From the NCBI GenBank assembly GCA_040954595.2, contig CM082576.2, positions 7,939,129 through 8,003,128 on the forward strand: DNA of 64,000 nucleotides, written 5' to 3'. The stretch comes from Balanoglossus misakiensis (Eukaryota > Animalia > Hemichordata). Both the position numbers and the translations under genes were made by a program. Positions 43,758 through 55,600 of the stretch are shown one piece after another. The notes beneath the pieces are model-generated. The model was not told the DNA's origin. It ran no database searches and worked only from the letters and a program-made list of their open reading frames with translations. Position 1 is the first letter of the stretch, and the number at the start of each line of letters is the position of its first letter.

Positions 43758-46700
43758 TCATCGCTTGTAGAAACCTGGTGATGTCTGTGTTGATATGGTT
43801 GCAGATGGCTTCTTTTTCTTAGATCGCGTCACTCTCATGGTATCTAAAAAAATAAATGTAAATAACTTTAATAATTACATGTCATTTCAATTTTGATGTT
43901 TGCATCAATGCACTGTCTACATACACAACCGAAGCTCTGCAAATTCAAATATACACATTTGATCAATTTCACGCAGTGGTAAACCCAGTTTTATTGTGAT
44001 ATTTTTGAGAAATATGTCTGCTTCATAAAAAAAAAGTTCATTCACAGAGGATTTACAGAGTTGACATGAGATTTCTCCCAACATGCCATAAGCAGCTATA
44101 GGTAGTCATTAAGTTAATTTATGTCCATGAACTTGCAGAGCTCTGGAGATGTTGACATGTGCAAACAATTGTGAGATTGCTAACAAACATCTTGCAGTTC
44201 ATTCCATGCAATCTTCCTGGGCTAAACTAATTCTACAGTCCAACAATGAAAGCATTAGGATATTTCTGACTGGTAAAGTGGATTGGTAGTGACTGACCTG
44301 ATGAATACTAAGAAAATTCATAGGCCAGCACACACACAACTCATCCACTATGCTCCTTACTTTTTTGTTTGGTCCTAAAAGCAGAATGGAGTGCTCAGGC
44401 ACGAATCCAGTCAGCTCTCACCGCTAAAGTAATTCCAAATGGTTGCAATGTAACCTAGAGATGAGTCAAATTAAACCTGCTCTTAGGGCGACAAGTACAG
44501 ATTGGTAAATATGACTCAGCCTAGGTGAGTTCTTGTTGTTTATGACTAAAGGTTTGCTTGTTATTCTTTACAGAAATCTGGTTCTTTCAAAATAACAGAC
44601 AGTACTACCGGTACATCATGCATGTACATATACTCTGTAATACCTGTATTTTGCCAGGTCACAAGTGAGCAGCTGACATACCTTTGTTTTTAGCCTTCCC
44701 ATGTTTTGCTGGAGACTTCTGCTTCTCGCCGTCTTCAAGCAGTGTGCTTTCTGCGATGGGTGTCCTGTTGAACTTCCTCTTTGGTGAAGCGTACGGACTC
44801 TCCTCATTGCTGTCGCTCTTTCTCTTTCGGGGCCTGCCGCGCCCAACTGGCGCTGGCTTTTGCTGTGATGAACTCGCGACAGAATTCGACGTCCTGGGAG
44901 ATTTCACGCCATTTGCCGCTGATTTGGTCAGCTTTGGCCGGCCCATCTTCTTGATAGGAGACAACCTTGCAACATCATCATCCGATGATGACTGTGAACT
45001 GTACACAATATCCTTCTTTTTGAGTCGCCTGACAGGTGAACGTGCTGCAGCAGTTTTTATCGCCTTCTTTTTGGCCGGGGGAGGGTCGTCATCATCATCA
45101 TCATCTGATGGTGAACTATACACAATATCCTTCTTTTTCAGTCTCCTGACAGCTGGACTTGCCGCAGCAGTTTTTGTCGCCTTCTTCTTGGCCGGGGGAG
45201 TGTAATCCTCCTCCTCATCGAATTCTGCACTGGTTCTCTTTCTTGATTTCTTGGCCTGTACCGGGGTCTTCTTCCTCATGGCTGCAGCGGGACTTGCAAC
45301 CCTTGGAGATTTGAGCTTGCTGGTTGCTGCACTCCTCTGAAAGACCAGACAATGATTATAATTAATTACATGTGAACTTTTGCCTCATTTATTTTGAGCT
45401 TGACTAATTTAGGTCCAGATTCCATATGAGATACATTACATTTTGAGGCCATTCACGACTTGAAGATCGAAAAAACATTATCAGAAACAGACTCACTTCA
45501 ATTGCTGCTTACATATCATGAGCTAAGTACTGACTTGTCAGGTACAGATTTTTGTCTCCAAACAAGAGAAATGCTTACCTTTGGAGACGTTGCTGGCTTG
45601 AAGTCTAGCTTGCCGTCATCTGCATAACCTTCTTTTTTCATATCTGCTCTCAGGATCTTCCTCAGGTAAGCGTAGTCTGGCTTATCTGTATACTTCAGCT
45701 CATTGACATGTTCAAAGTACTTCAGAAGGCTGCCTGAGAATATAGAAGAGAAGTTTGCTCCAGCTCAATAGCTGCAGATAAAATTGGGTTACAGGACAAA
45801 CTATCACAAACATGAAATCCGTCCACCTTCTTCAAGATACCAATGCAGTCTATGGATCACTGTTTCAGACTTGAATTTCCAAAATCAAAACTCACCTGGA
45901 CATTTTCCCTTGGGAAAACACTTTGACATCAGACTACTCACATTGGACATGTACCTGGAGTTGAAAGAGAAGGAATGCATAAAATGTAAACAATACTGCT
46001 GGTTCTAGCTTGAGTTGACTGAAGAGCAAAGAACCTGGCACACATTAACATGGAATCTGCCCCATAGTTACAACACTTCCCAACAGTTGACAGAGAATTT
46101 ATCAGTAGTCAAAAACAAGTTTACAACGGCGGCATATGGACTATTCATTCAGTGTGCGTTATTTACCAAAATATTTGAATTAATAGTCAGGAGTTCTGAG
46201 TGACACTCACTTGATTTTCTCGTTTTTCACATACTCCTTGTTCAGCAGATTGTCTTCCCACGGCAGTTTGCTGCAAAGCCACTGAAGGATGCAGTATCCC
46301 AGAATCTCAATATCACCTCTCCTCGATGGTCCTAGAGCAGAAATGGCAAACAGATTTAATTAAAGGGGCATGTCACGATGTGCAATGCACAAACAGACAA
46401 CCTTTTGTTTCCCAATAAACAGTTCCAGGCAAAAGCTGCGGAAGTGCCCATGTCAAGAAAATATGGATTTTTAAAGGGGGCAATGGTCTGTTTAGATTCG
46501 GTCAGTTCATCATTCTTCAATTTTACCAAAGGGAAATTCTGACTTACTAGCTCCCATGTGTGCATCTCTGCTTGTGAACTCAATGGTGCCGTCGTGGGCT
46601 TTAGAAGGGTCTTCTTCATAAGGTTTGTGTTTACCATCGGGAATGTACCGAAGTGCTAGTCCAAAGTCAACGAGATACACCTGCAGTGTCAATAATATAT

Positions 46701-48643
46701 AGATTGTATGGCATGCATGTATGTAAAATATATTATTGTCTTTCCCTGAATACATAATATGCAAAGATGGACATAATTGGGTTTTAACTTATGAGGATTA
46801 AGAAGGCATTACAATGATACTCACACGATCTCCTGTCGAGTTTGACGTGGCTCTACCCAGCAATATGTTCCCGGCCTTGATGTCTGCGTGCACATAGTCA
46901 TGTTCGTGGAGATATTCCAGAACATCCAACTGTAGGCAGAGAGAAAACAGGAAAATGCATGTAGTTCTCATCTGTGCTGAAATTATTATGCAAGCAGTCA
47001 ATAAACTAGGGAAGACTGTGTGCTCCCAATTTCATTTAAAGCTCTTACCATCTGAAGTCCAACAGTGTACGCGGTCTTCAGTGAAAACTTCTTGTTGCAA
47101 GATTCAAAGGTTTTCTGTAAATCTGATGAGAGTCTGTCCAGTACAAGAAACCTGTATTTATCCTTGGGTGTCTCGTGATTGCCAAATGCAATCAGACTTG
47201 GCATACCTAGGTGCTTCATCTTTTTGGCGGTCTTCCATTTCTGTACTGTGAAGAAAAATTTAAGGTATACGGTCACTTATGCACTCAAAGTGGAGATGGT
47301 TACACAAATGGTCATTGGAACACTAAGACATGCCTCCAACCCATCCAACCATATAATAGGCACATGTAAATTAGAGGCGAATACATTACTTTGATGGCAA
47401 AGTTGAAAACTAGTAGGTAGCATTTTCCTGTACTTACTCATGTCTGGTCTCCCAGCTCTGTGATAGAAATGCAACTCTACAAACAGTGGACCATTCGTAT
47501 GTGGCTCCTAAAACACAGATATTCAAGAGTACCCATTACATTTGCATAAACCTTACCATTCATAATCAAGGCATAGACGTCAATAGATGACTCAAGTTTT
47601 CACTGCTGTAAGTAGTACGTTACTCTATATTTTGGGATACATCTACATGTATAAAATGGCTGAAGCACTTTGATTCAGTTTGATGTTTGTAATACTGATA
47701 ATACTTCAAGATTTAACATGTAAATTAAGAAGAAACAAGACACTTACAATTTTTACAACAAAGTCTTCTTCCATTGTCACTGGTCTGGAAATATCATTTG
47801 ATGCTGGAAGAGAAATAACAAACAGGATTACTGAACCGTTACTCACAATGCCTGTATCACTCACATTTTTGAGGACACCATTAACAAGAAATATTTCGGG
47901 TACACAAATCTCTCACTCCACAACTTGATGACTTAGCAAACATCAATAAAAATATACTTCTGACTAAGTTTACTTGCTAATATCCAATTGTGGCTCAGAC
48001 GGGCTCTTTTGTGTTTATCACAAAGTCTCAAGACTGGATATAGGGATAGGTAGAAAATGTCAGAACCTACGTGTTGAATAAAATGAGATGGCCACTCACC
48101 AAGGTAAATCTCTCCAAATCCTCCAACCCCTATTGACTTTCCCAACTTCCATTGTTTCTTTGCAGTATCTGTTAGGATGGTACCTTCCGGGAAGTGTTCT
48201 GGAAGTTTGTGACCCTGTGGCTGGCGCTTTTTGGGCGCCTTTTTAGGCGCTGGTTTTGCACCTAGACATACAGAGTATTACTTAAGATAATTCATGATGT
48301 TAGCGACACAGATGTTTTTGTCTGCTTTTTTCACTTGACGATGAAAACAGTCCAACAAAGAATGACCAAAGTTCAAGCATTTCGCTTGAAGGGGCCTGTC
48401 CTCTAAAAGAACTGATAGAACTGATAAAATATTTTTCACTGGCCTAAAGTAAACAAATCTCCAAACAATACACAAACAACGGTTCCTCATGAACAAAGCC
48501 ATATTTTGAGCAGGCATGCATTAAATATACATGTACATGTAATAGAACAAAGTAAGGTGGACAGTATATCATCACATACCTGAAGCTTTCACTCCTTTGG
48601 AACGAGAAGTATTGGGTGATTTTTTGGCCACTTTTTTTGGCAT
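43758..48643 (-). CDS. VRK1: Vaccinia-related kinase, VRK1-like (~620 aa), with long basic C-terminal tail
   Basis: Exons (minus strand): 48643-48580, 48261-48100, 47803-47748, 47507-47438, 47245-47049, 46929-46825, 46680-46548, 46331-46211, 45954-45896, 45733-45579, 45336-44682, 43843-43758. Motifs [52 protein letters not shown] and [12 protein letters not shown]. May be pro-orthologous to several vertebrate VRKs. Confidence 0.94.
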
Positions 48644-49379
48644 GATGTAAACATTTGTCGGTTCTTCAATTACACTGTCTTCTGCTGTTGGTATTTTATC
48701 TTATACATTCACATACATGGATGTATAATTAAAAATATGACCACCTAAAAAGAGCAAATGTTGATGCACCAAATTAATTACTGGCACAGGGATGGGATGT
48801 ATGTCATGTATAGTACAACCTGACTATGGAACTATTAGCACCAGAGAAGATGATCGCCCAGCACCTGATTTTAATCAGATTTGTGTGTATCACGACATCA
48901 CAACCACAGTCACTCTCTATTGTGTGTGAAAAACAGGTGTACACCCGGAAATTGAACTGTGAGCAAAAGAAGTGCATTTCCGGATTCAGGGAATAACTAT
49001 AATTTGATTTGTGTCTTGAATTATTGGTGCATGGCGCCCAAAGATCCACACCCCGTGTTATCACCATTGCCTATTTTATACCCGTGTATTTTTCACAGTG
49101 TAACTTTCGGTTTCGAATTAATACAGTCCACTGCACACCTGGGCTGGGGATCCAGAACTTCACAGGCCTGGATCATGTTTACAAACAAATTGCCTTCTAG
49201 CTAGTGTAGGCTATCTTGCAAGTTCTTGTCCTTTCCAAGAATACAGTTTGTTTTCAGCATTTGTGTACTTACAGTATTTGACCGAAATATATCTGAAACC
49301 TTGCACCAACAGTCCTGTGCTTACAACTTTACTGAGTTTGATTGCTTCTGTCTATTTCGTAATGGCCGCCTAAAGTTCA

Positions 49380-49666
49380 CTGCTTCTTGTTAAAATAGTA
49401 AATCGAGTTTTATTGGCTATTTAACCGCAAATTGTTGCTTTTATCCAATGGACTCCCTTGTTATAAACTTACTTGTTAGACCTTGTAATCTCGCGAGAGA
49501 AGAGATTGGAGACTTCGCTAATGTATAAATGCGCATGCTCGAACGTAATCAAAGATGGCGATTTCGTCTACGTTTCCGTGAATGAAACAACCGGAATAAT
49601 GACGTGAAAACATAGAGTGGGCCATTCTTGCGCATGAAAGTTGTTGATTTACAGTTATATCTAGAA
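49380..49666. promoter_or_regulatory. Bidirectional promoter VRK / PPP1R37
   Basis: TCTCGCGAGA palindrome at 49489-49498, NRF1-like TGCGCATGC at 49530, YY1-like AAGATGGCG at 49552, and CCAAT boxes at ~49412, 49445 and 49505. VRK non-coding exon donor near 49270. Confidence 0.7.
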
Positions 49667-52600
49667 ATGGAACTTGAAAACGTAGATAGTGCAACAGAAG
49701 TAACGGAGGACTCGCCGAAAAATGTACCTAAACCAGACATAAAACTTCCCGGTAGGAGGGTCAACTTTCCCGACGATGATGAGTTGGTGTCTGCCGCAGT
49801 CGATCCACAGGACCCGTGGAACGCAGGTGAGTTCTTACGTGTAGACTATTTAGACCGCCAAATAGTATACACATGAAAAAAAGATCACCTACTTTATTTT
49901 TCTTTTACCCATTTCAACTCAGCTCGAGACACGTCGACGGAGGACCTTGTAGAAGCATACAAGGATGGTTGTGTCAAGTGGAACGTGAAACCAATTCCCA
50001 GACTGTTACAGCAGCTATATGTAAGTTTGTGTATGTGTGTGTGTTTTTAAATCAAGTCCTTTCATTATTCGTCTCTTAAATTCCACAATAACACTATTGG
50101 TTTGGCGGTATTCTCCAGTTTGAAAATAGTTCTGACTTCCTCAAATGAGTCTCAACCCAAATATGTTGAAGACCATCAGCTTGATCAAGGTGATATTATA
50201 AATCCCATGGGCCTTTTAATAACACAAAGTGACTAGTATTAACAATTAACGGTTATTTTGAACTTTTATAATTAACTTAAAGTGACACGTGGTAGGCGGT
50301 TAGTAGGGGTGTAGTTTTGATTAGTTATCATGTTTCTTGATCGGTTATTTTGATTGTTGTTTGTTGATATACGTGCAAATCAGGTGATCACTTTCAACAG
50401 CTGCTCATACTGGTCACATGATGCTCTGTGCCTGCACTGTGCACTCAAGTATTCTATCAGTTGTGATTTTGATTTCCTGTTCAATCACCATATGAAGTTT
50501 CCTATTTCAAGGTGTTACTTCAGAACAAATGACTCATTGTTGTTTTAGTGGAGATCTGTTTGAAAGATTTGTTGTAGTAAGACAGAATGCACCGGTTCAG
50601 CGTAAATAAAAAGTGAGTCAGGTGATGGAACATGTAATTCAAATCAGAATTTTACAGTATTTGCACACAATATGTGATTTCCTGTTTACATGTAGATAAT
50701 ATTTCTGTAACTAAAACCTTGAAACCTGGCCTTGATGTCTCTCTATTATGAATACTTGTACCTCTCCAATAATAAAACAAATTCCACTTAAATTGAGATA
50801 ATTTTAATCGTATGAGAATTACTTATGATATTTTCCTTATGAAATATGGTGAATTGGCTGTCTTCCATGACAGATATTTGGTGTATGTCCTTTCAAATAT
50901 ATTGCTTTTGTTTCAAACAGCAAGTACCTAATGTGAAAAAAAAATCACAGTATGCAATCCAGGTTAAAGTTTAGGAGGCTAAAGGTATTCCATGGTTCAG
51001 AAGGGCCTTAAAATGGCACATGATGATGACTACATATGAATGCAGTTTCCGGACATGAAAATCCTGTTATCTCATTTTTTTTTCCGAATCCAACGTGACA
51101 CAAACCGTCTGATGTAATGTTGTGTGATATATCGAGAAACACTGAGTGACTTGGCTGAACATGACTCACTGGGATGAATTGATTCAAACATGAGTGGACG
51201 ACAGTCATGATCTTGCGATAGCAATGACGACGACGTGCGTTGATGAGATATTTTACCCATCAGCCATGTATGAACATGTCAGTGTCCATCTCTGTTTTAA
51301 TTAATCAAAAATGACACAAGGATATAAATTTATTCATTCAATTCAATTCAATTGATGCATTTGAATAGTAATACCAATCACAGTCAAGCCATCCTTTGTA
51401 CTCAGTAGTGACATATTGAAATTGAAACATAATACCTCTCTTTTTTGTGAATAGTTGGAAATTTTATGTGTAATATATATCCCTGTATACGGTGAACAGA
51501 CAACTAGCAGGCTGGTCCAGGTGTTTCATAACACCCATGATACCAAATAAGATTATCAGGTATATTCACTAATTCAGAGAACAGTTTTCCCCAATTTCTG
51601 TTCTGGTAGAGTGGTACTGATCTACGCCATCAATTACGTGTAGAAAGCGGGGTTTTTTTGTCTCAGGGCAACAACCAGGACTCGGCACCAGTTGTTCGGT
51701 TGTCTTGCATCATCCATTCTTGCCAGTGAAATATTATAATGAGAGCGTGAGTTAGAGTATGTAATTCAGAATCTGAAGAGGTGGTGAACCTTTTCTGAGA
51801 TGTACATGTTGACTCTATTCATTGACAAGAAACTGCTGCCTGATGCAAATTTTTGTGGAGAAGCATTGCAGTTATGCTGAACTTCTTTAACCTTTTCATC
51901 GTCAACCTTTGGTCCTCCTCAAACTCCTTGCAGGCTTCTTTTGTGTAATTCGACTCGTGTGATGGGGAATGGGGTTATGTGGTTAAGAAATCTGAATTTC
52001 AGAATTTCAGTGTGTACAATGTACCCCCAGGATGTGGAACAAACTGTCTTGCGCTTTATATACTGAATTTTATGTCACTGAGTCCGGGAGGAATTAAGAT
52101 CTAGCTGTAGATCACTAAGTCGAAGGCATTATCATTATTATGCTGTTCCTTCCCAATTTGAATCAACTGCTTGCGGCAGTGAGCAAATAGACAGACCTAC
52201 GCTAGAAGTTGGAACACTGATGGTCTATGATTCAACTGGCATGGGCATGATTTTACAGAAAATTTTGCAGCGATAGTGGGAAAATAATCGGGACGGAAGT
52301 ATTACATTTCCAGGTCATAAGAAGAAATGAGTAAAGGTTGAGTACAGATGCCATGCACACTGGTGAAACAGCTTTTTACTCTAAGATAGTAATTCGCGAA
52401 ATATGTACATTTCACTTCATGGGACACACAGTACGAGAAAACAAATTGTAAATTGTGCTGTTTAATAGGATTAATATGTTGAGAAAAGGGAAATTCAAGA
52501 GAAAGCTGTCAGTGCAATAATTATAAATTTCGCATAATTGTTCATGCACTCATAGAAATTGCTATCAATCAGATGATTAGAATATTTCATTAATATTAAT

Positions 52601-55600
52601 ATCATGTGCTGTCTAGTTGCCACTTTTCTGTGCAATTGACTGTGCAATTTAACACTGCCTGCTAAAGTGTAAACCCAAACTGACAGATTGACTTTAAAAA
52701 CACACTGTTTATGTCTGATCATCTAAAGTAGCAATTTGAATGAATGCAATAAATAAGGAGAGGGTTGAAGATGAGCTCCTTGCTGCTGTATGCAGTTGTT
52801 GATTACCAAAAGCACCGGGTCACATAAATCATGCATTTAAATGTAATTGTGGCGAAATGTACCGTCAAATTATGAGGCAGGTTTTATTACCAAGATGCTT
52901 ACACGCAAAGTAAAGTAGCTTGAACTACAGCTCGGCACAGGAGGTACATGTCATTTTGTATGGATACTTGTTCCATTTACTATAATATTAGCATTGTTTA
53001 CCTCAATACCACCAGACCTTAACACTGGTTATAATTTTGCGTCAGCAAATCAGCCTGCAACTTGTTGAATTCTATTTTTAATATGAAAAGGTGGTAAAGA
53101 GCATAATACATGTATCTAGGTATGCAACACATTTCAAGCATGTCATATCCCCCAATAATAGTCCATTGTAATATATATACTAGATATCTATCCCCCCAAG
53201 TATTTGTGTATTTATTTCCTGCAGTCCAGTTTTCTATTCAGATACCATGACGTTTGGTTGAGGTTTCCAGATATTGACATCATCAGCTTCAATAACGAAG
53301 TTCCCTTCATCATATTTATGTATTAAATGTTTATGGAGGGCCCAGTTTCCATTTTATCGCATACACACACTTTTGCTGCTCAGATTATCTACTTGTTTGA
53401 CCTTGCAAAGGCTGAGAAGGTCATATCCATCTCGGTACCATGTTTTGGAACACATGTACATGTACATGTACCAGTGTTGTTGGACTGCGTTGTATGTTGC
53501 AGTTCATTTCTATTTTAAGGTACACTCAGGGTTAAGCCAGTTTCGTTCATACTAAAAATAAATCATAGTAAATATAGTTATCAGCAATTGTGGCTGAACA
53601 ATAGAAAGAATTATTTTGCATACATCTACTGTGGATGATATCTGCGTGTACATGTATGATAATGTACTAGTAGTAATCATGTCATGTTCCATTTGGATAT
53701 GACTGCTGTAGTTATGACCATTTTGCAAACTCAATTATGCTGAAATTCTGGCAATCATTATCAAATCAGGGTGTCAACAGTAACACAATTTGGAAATTTT
53801 GCAACCAGGTGAATTGATTTTGTGCGAGAGACATTTCTGAGAACCGGTACTGTTGGCTCCCTGGGAAACCCACATAATTCAGATTTCTAGCGTAAATAGT
53901 ACAAGTGGCTTTGAGCTTTTTAATCAAATTGTGAAGGGAGATTGACAGAGGGAAATTCCCAGGTTTCCACTGGCTTATCCAATATTCTAACCATTAATAA
54001 AAAAGGCATGCCGTGTTAGTACTGCTTGCTTTCTGAAAAGTGATTTGATTTGTGTGTTCAGAGTTGACCTTTGTTGGTTCAGGGTTGACCTCTGGTTATT
54101 GTTGAGGTTTCTGTCGACATTAATATACTGTGTTATTGCTTGATGACATTGATGGGTGTTTATTTGTCCCAAGATGACTGGCAGCTGTCAATCAAATTGA
54201 CGTCATATATTTCACCAGTGGACATGAATTACTTTTTGCCATCACTTTGTGTAGGAATGATCCTGGCCATGAATGGAAAATCTGTGTTCCGTGCAAAATC
54301 ATTTGCAGATTAATTCCCCATCACAGAATTTCAATAGAACAGGAAATTTGTAAATAGTATTCTATGTGTTTTGAGTGGGCACTTGTGGCTGGGCCACATG
54401 ATGCATTTTGACACTTAAATGTGGTGTGGTCCTCTGTGTGAAAGGATCATTAAGGATGCCTGTATTTTTGCAAGTGAAAGTGTGATTGGTAGTGTCGATT
54501 GGATTTGGGAATGTTGCTTTGAAGTGTAAGCTTTCTGTGTGGTCTCAAGTGAGATTTGCAATATTTACAATCATGTCTGAAATTTACATTTTCAAGAGGC
54601 ACAAAGAAATACTGAATAACATGCACATACTGGATCATATGCATCTCACACATACAGGTAAATGTAGCTTGTTGTGTAAACCAGAATGCACCATCCCTCA
54701 AACTCCGTTGTCATGACAACCCATATGTTTCACGTGCCCTCCAGAAAACTACCAGGATCTGATGCATGTTGAAAGTTTGCATTTCTAATTGCTTTGCTGA
54801 AAAATTGCTGGAGGCTTTCAGTTTGCAGTCGTCCTTCGTACCCTGCCTTCATTCAAGATGTGAACTAAACATATCAAAATGAGGATTTTTAAGAAATGTT
54901 TTTGCATGTAGGCTGTGTTTGGAGCACTCAACAGTGAGCTACTTCACATACACATATGTACAATCATGTTGCGGTACATCATGTACCACACATGTATCAT
55001 CTCTGCGACTGGCTGACAGTTGGTAGCATAGATTCTGACTGCACACTAATTGGTTTCATTCATCAAATGTTCTGTCACAGACACGGCTAATTCATTCAGG
55101 CACATGCAGGTGTCACTTAGCGACCAATCTAATTCCGAGTCAGCTCTTTCCCGACAGTTGCTATGGTTACCCCCACTGACTCTCGAACAGACGTAGACTC
55201 GCTGTATCAGTGGGATGATGATTACAGACTACGTGTTGTATGCACCATTTGATATTCACTTTGGGAAGAATTTAAAGAGATGCCACAGAAAGTTTGTACT
55301 GATCTCCCTTCAGAACCAGTGTAACACAGCCGCGATTGTACCCGGCATAAATGCCAACATTTCATCTGTCATCTCCACCTGTGTCATGCATTCTGCCTGA
55401 ATCTCTAAAGTGCATGAATGTGGCACATCTGTGAGACAGGAAATGCATTTCTCTTGTTTTCATTTCAGTGAAGTGTCAGAGAATGCACCTAGTGGCCTGA
55501 CCTGACGAGTCAGTCAGCCGAGCATTGGTATTTCAATTCAGGCTGATCGATACTTTTTGAAATGAAATGGTTTTCAAGGGCAATTCTCTTCGTCTGCTCT

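Noticed and set aside
44460-44530. Plus-strand donor (TAG|GTGAGT) with AP-1 sites in the last VRK intron, suggesting an antisense transcript
   Set aside because: A single motif with no partner exon, which is expected by chance.
44684-45205. 173-aa plus-strand ORF here, and similar minus-strand ORFs at 59150-59927
   Set aside because: These are antisense shadows of long low-complexity coding exons of VRK and PPP1R37.
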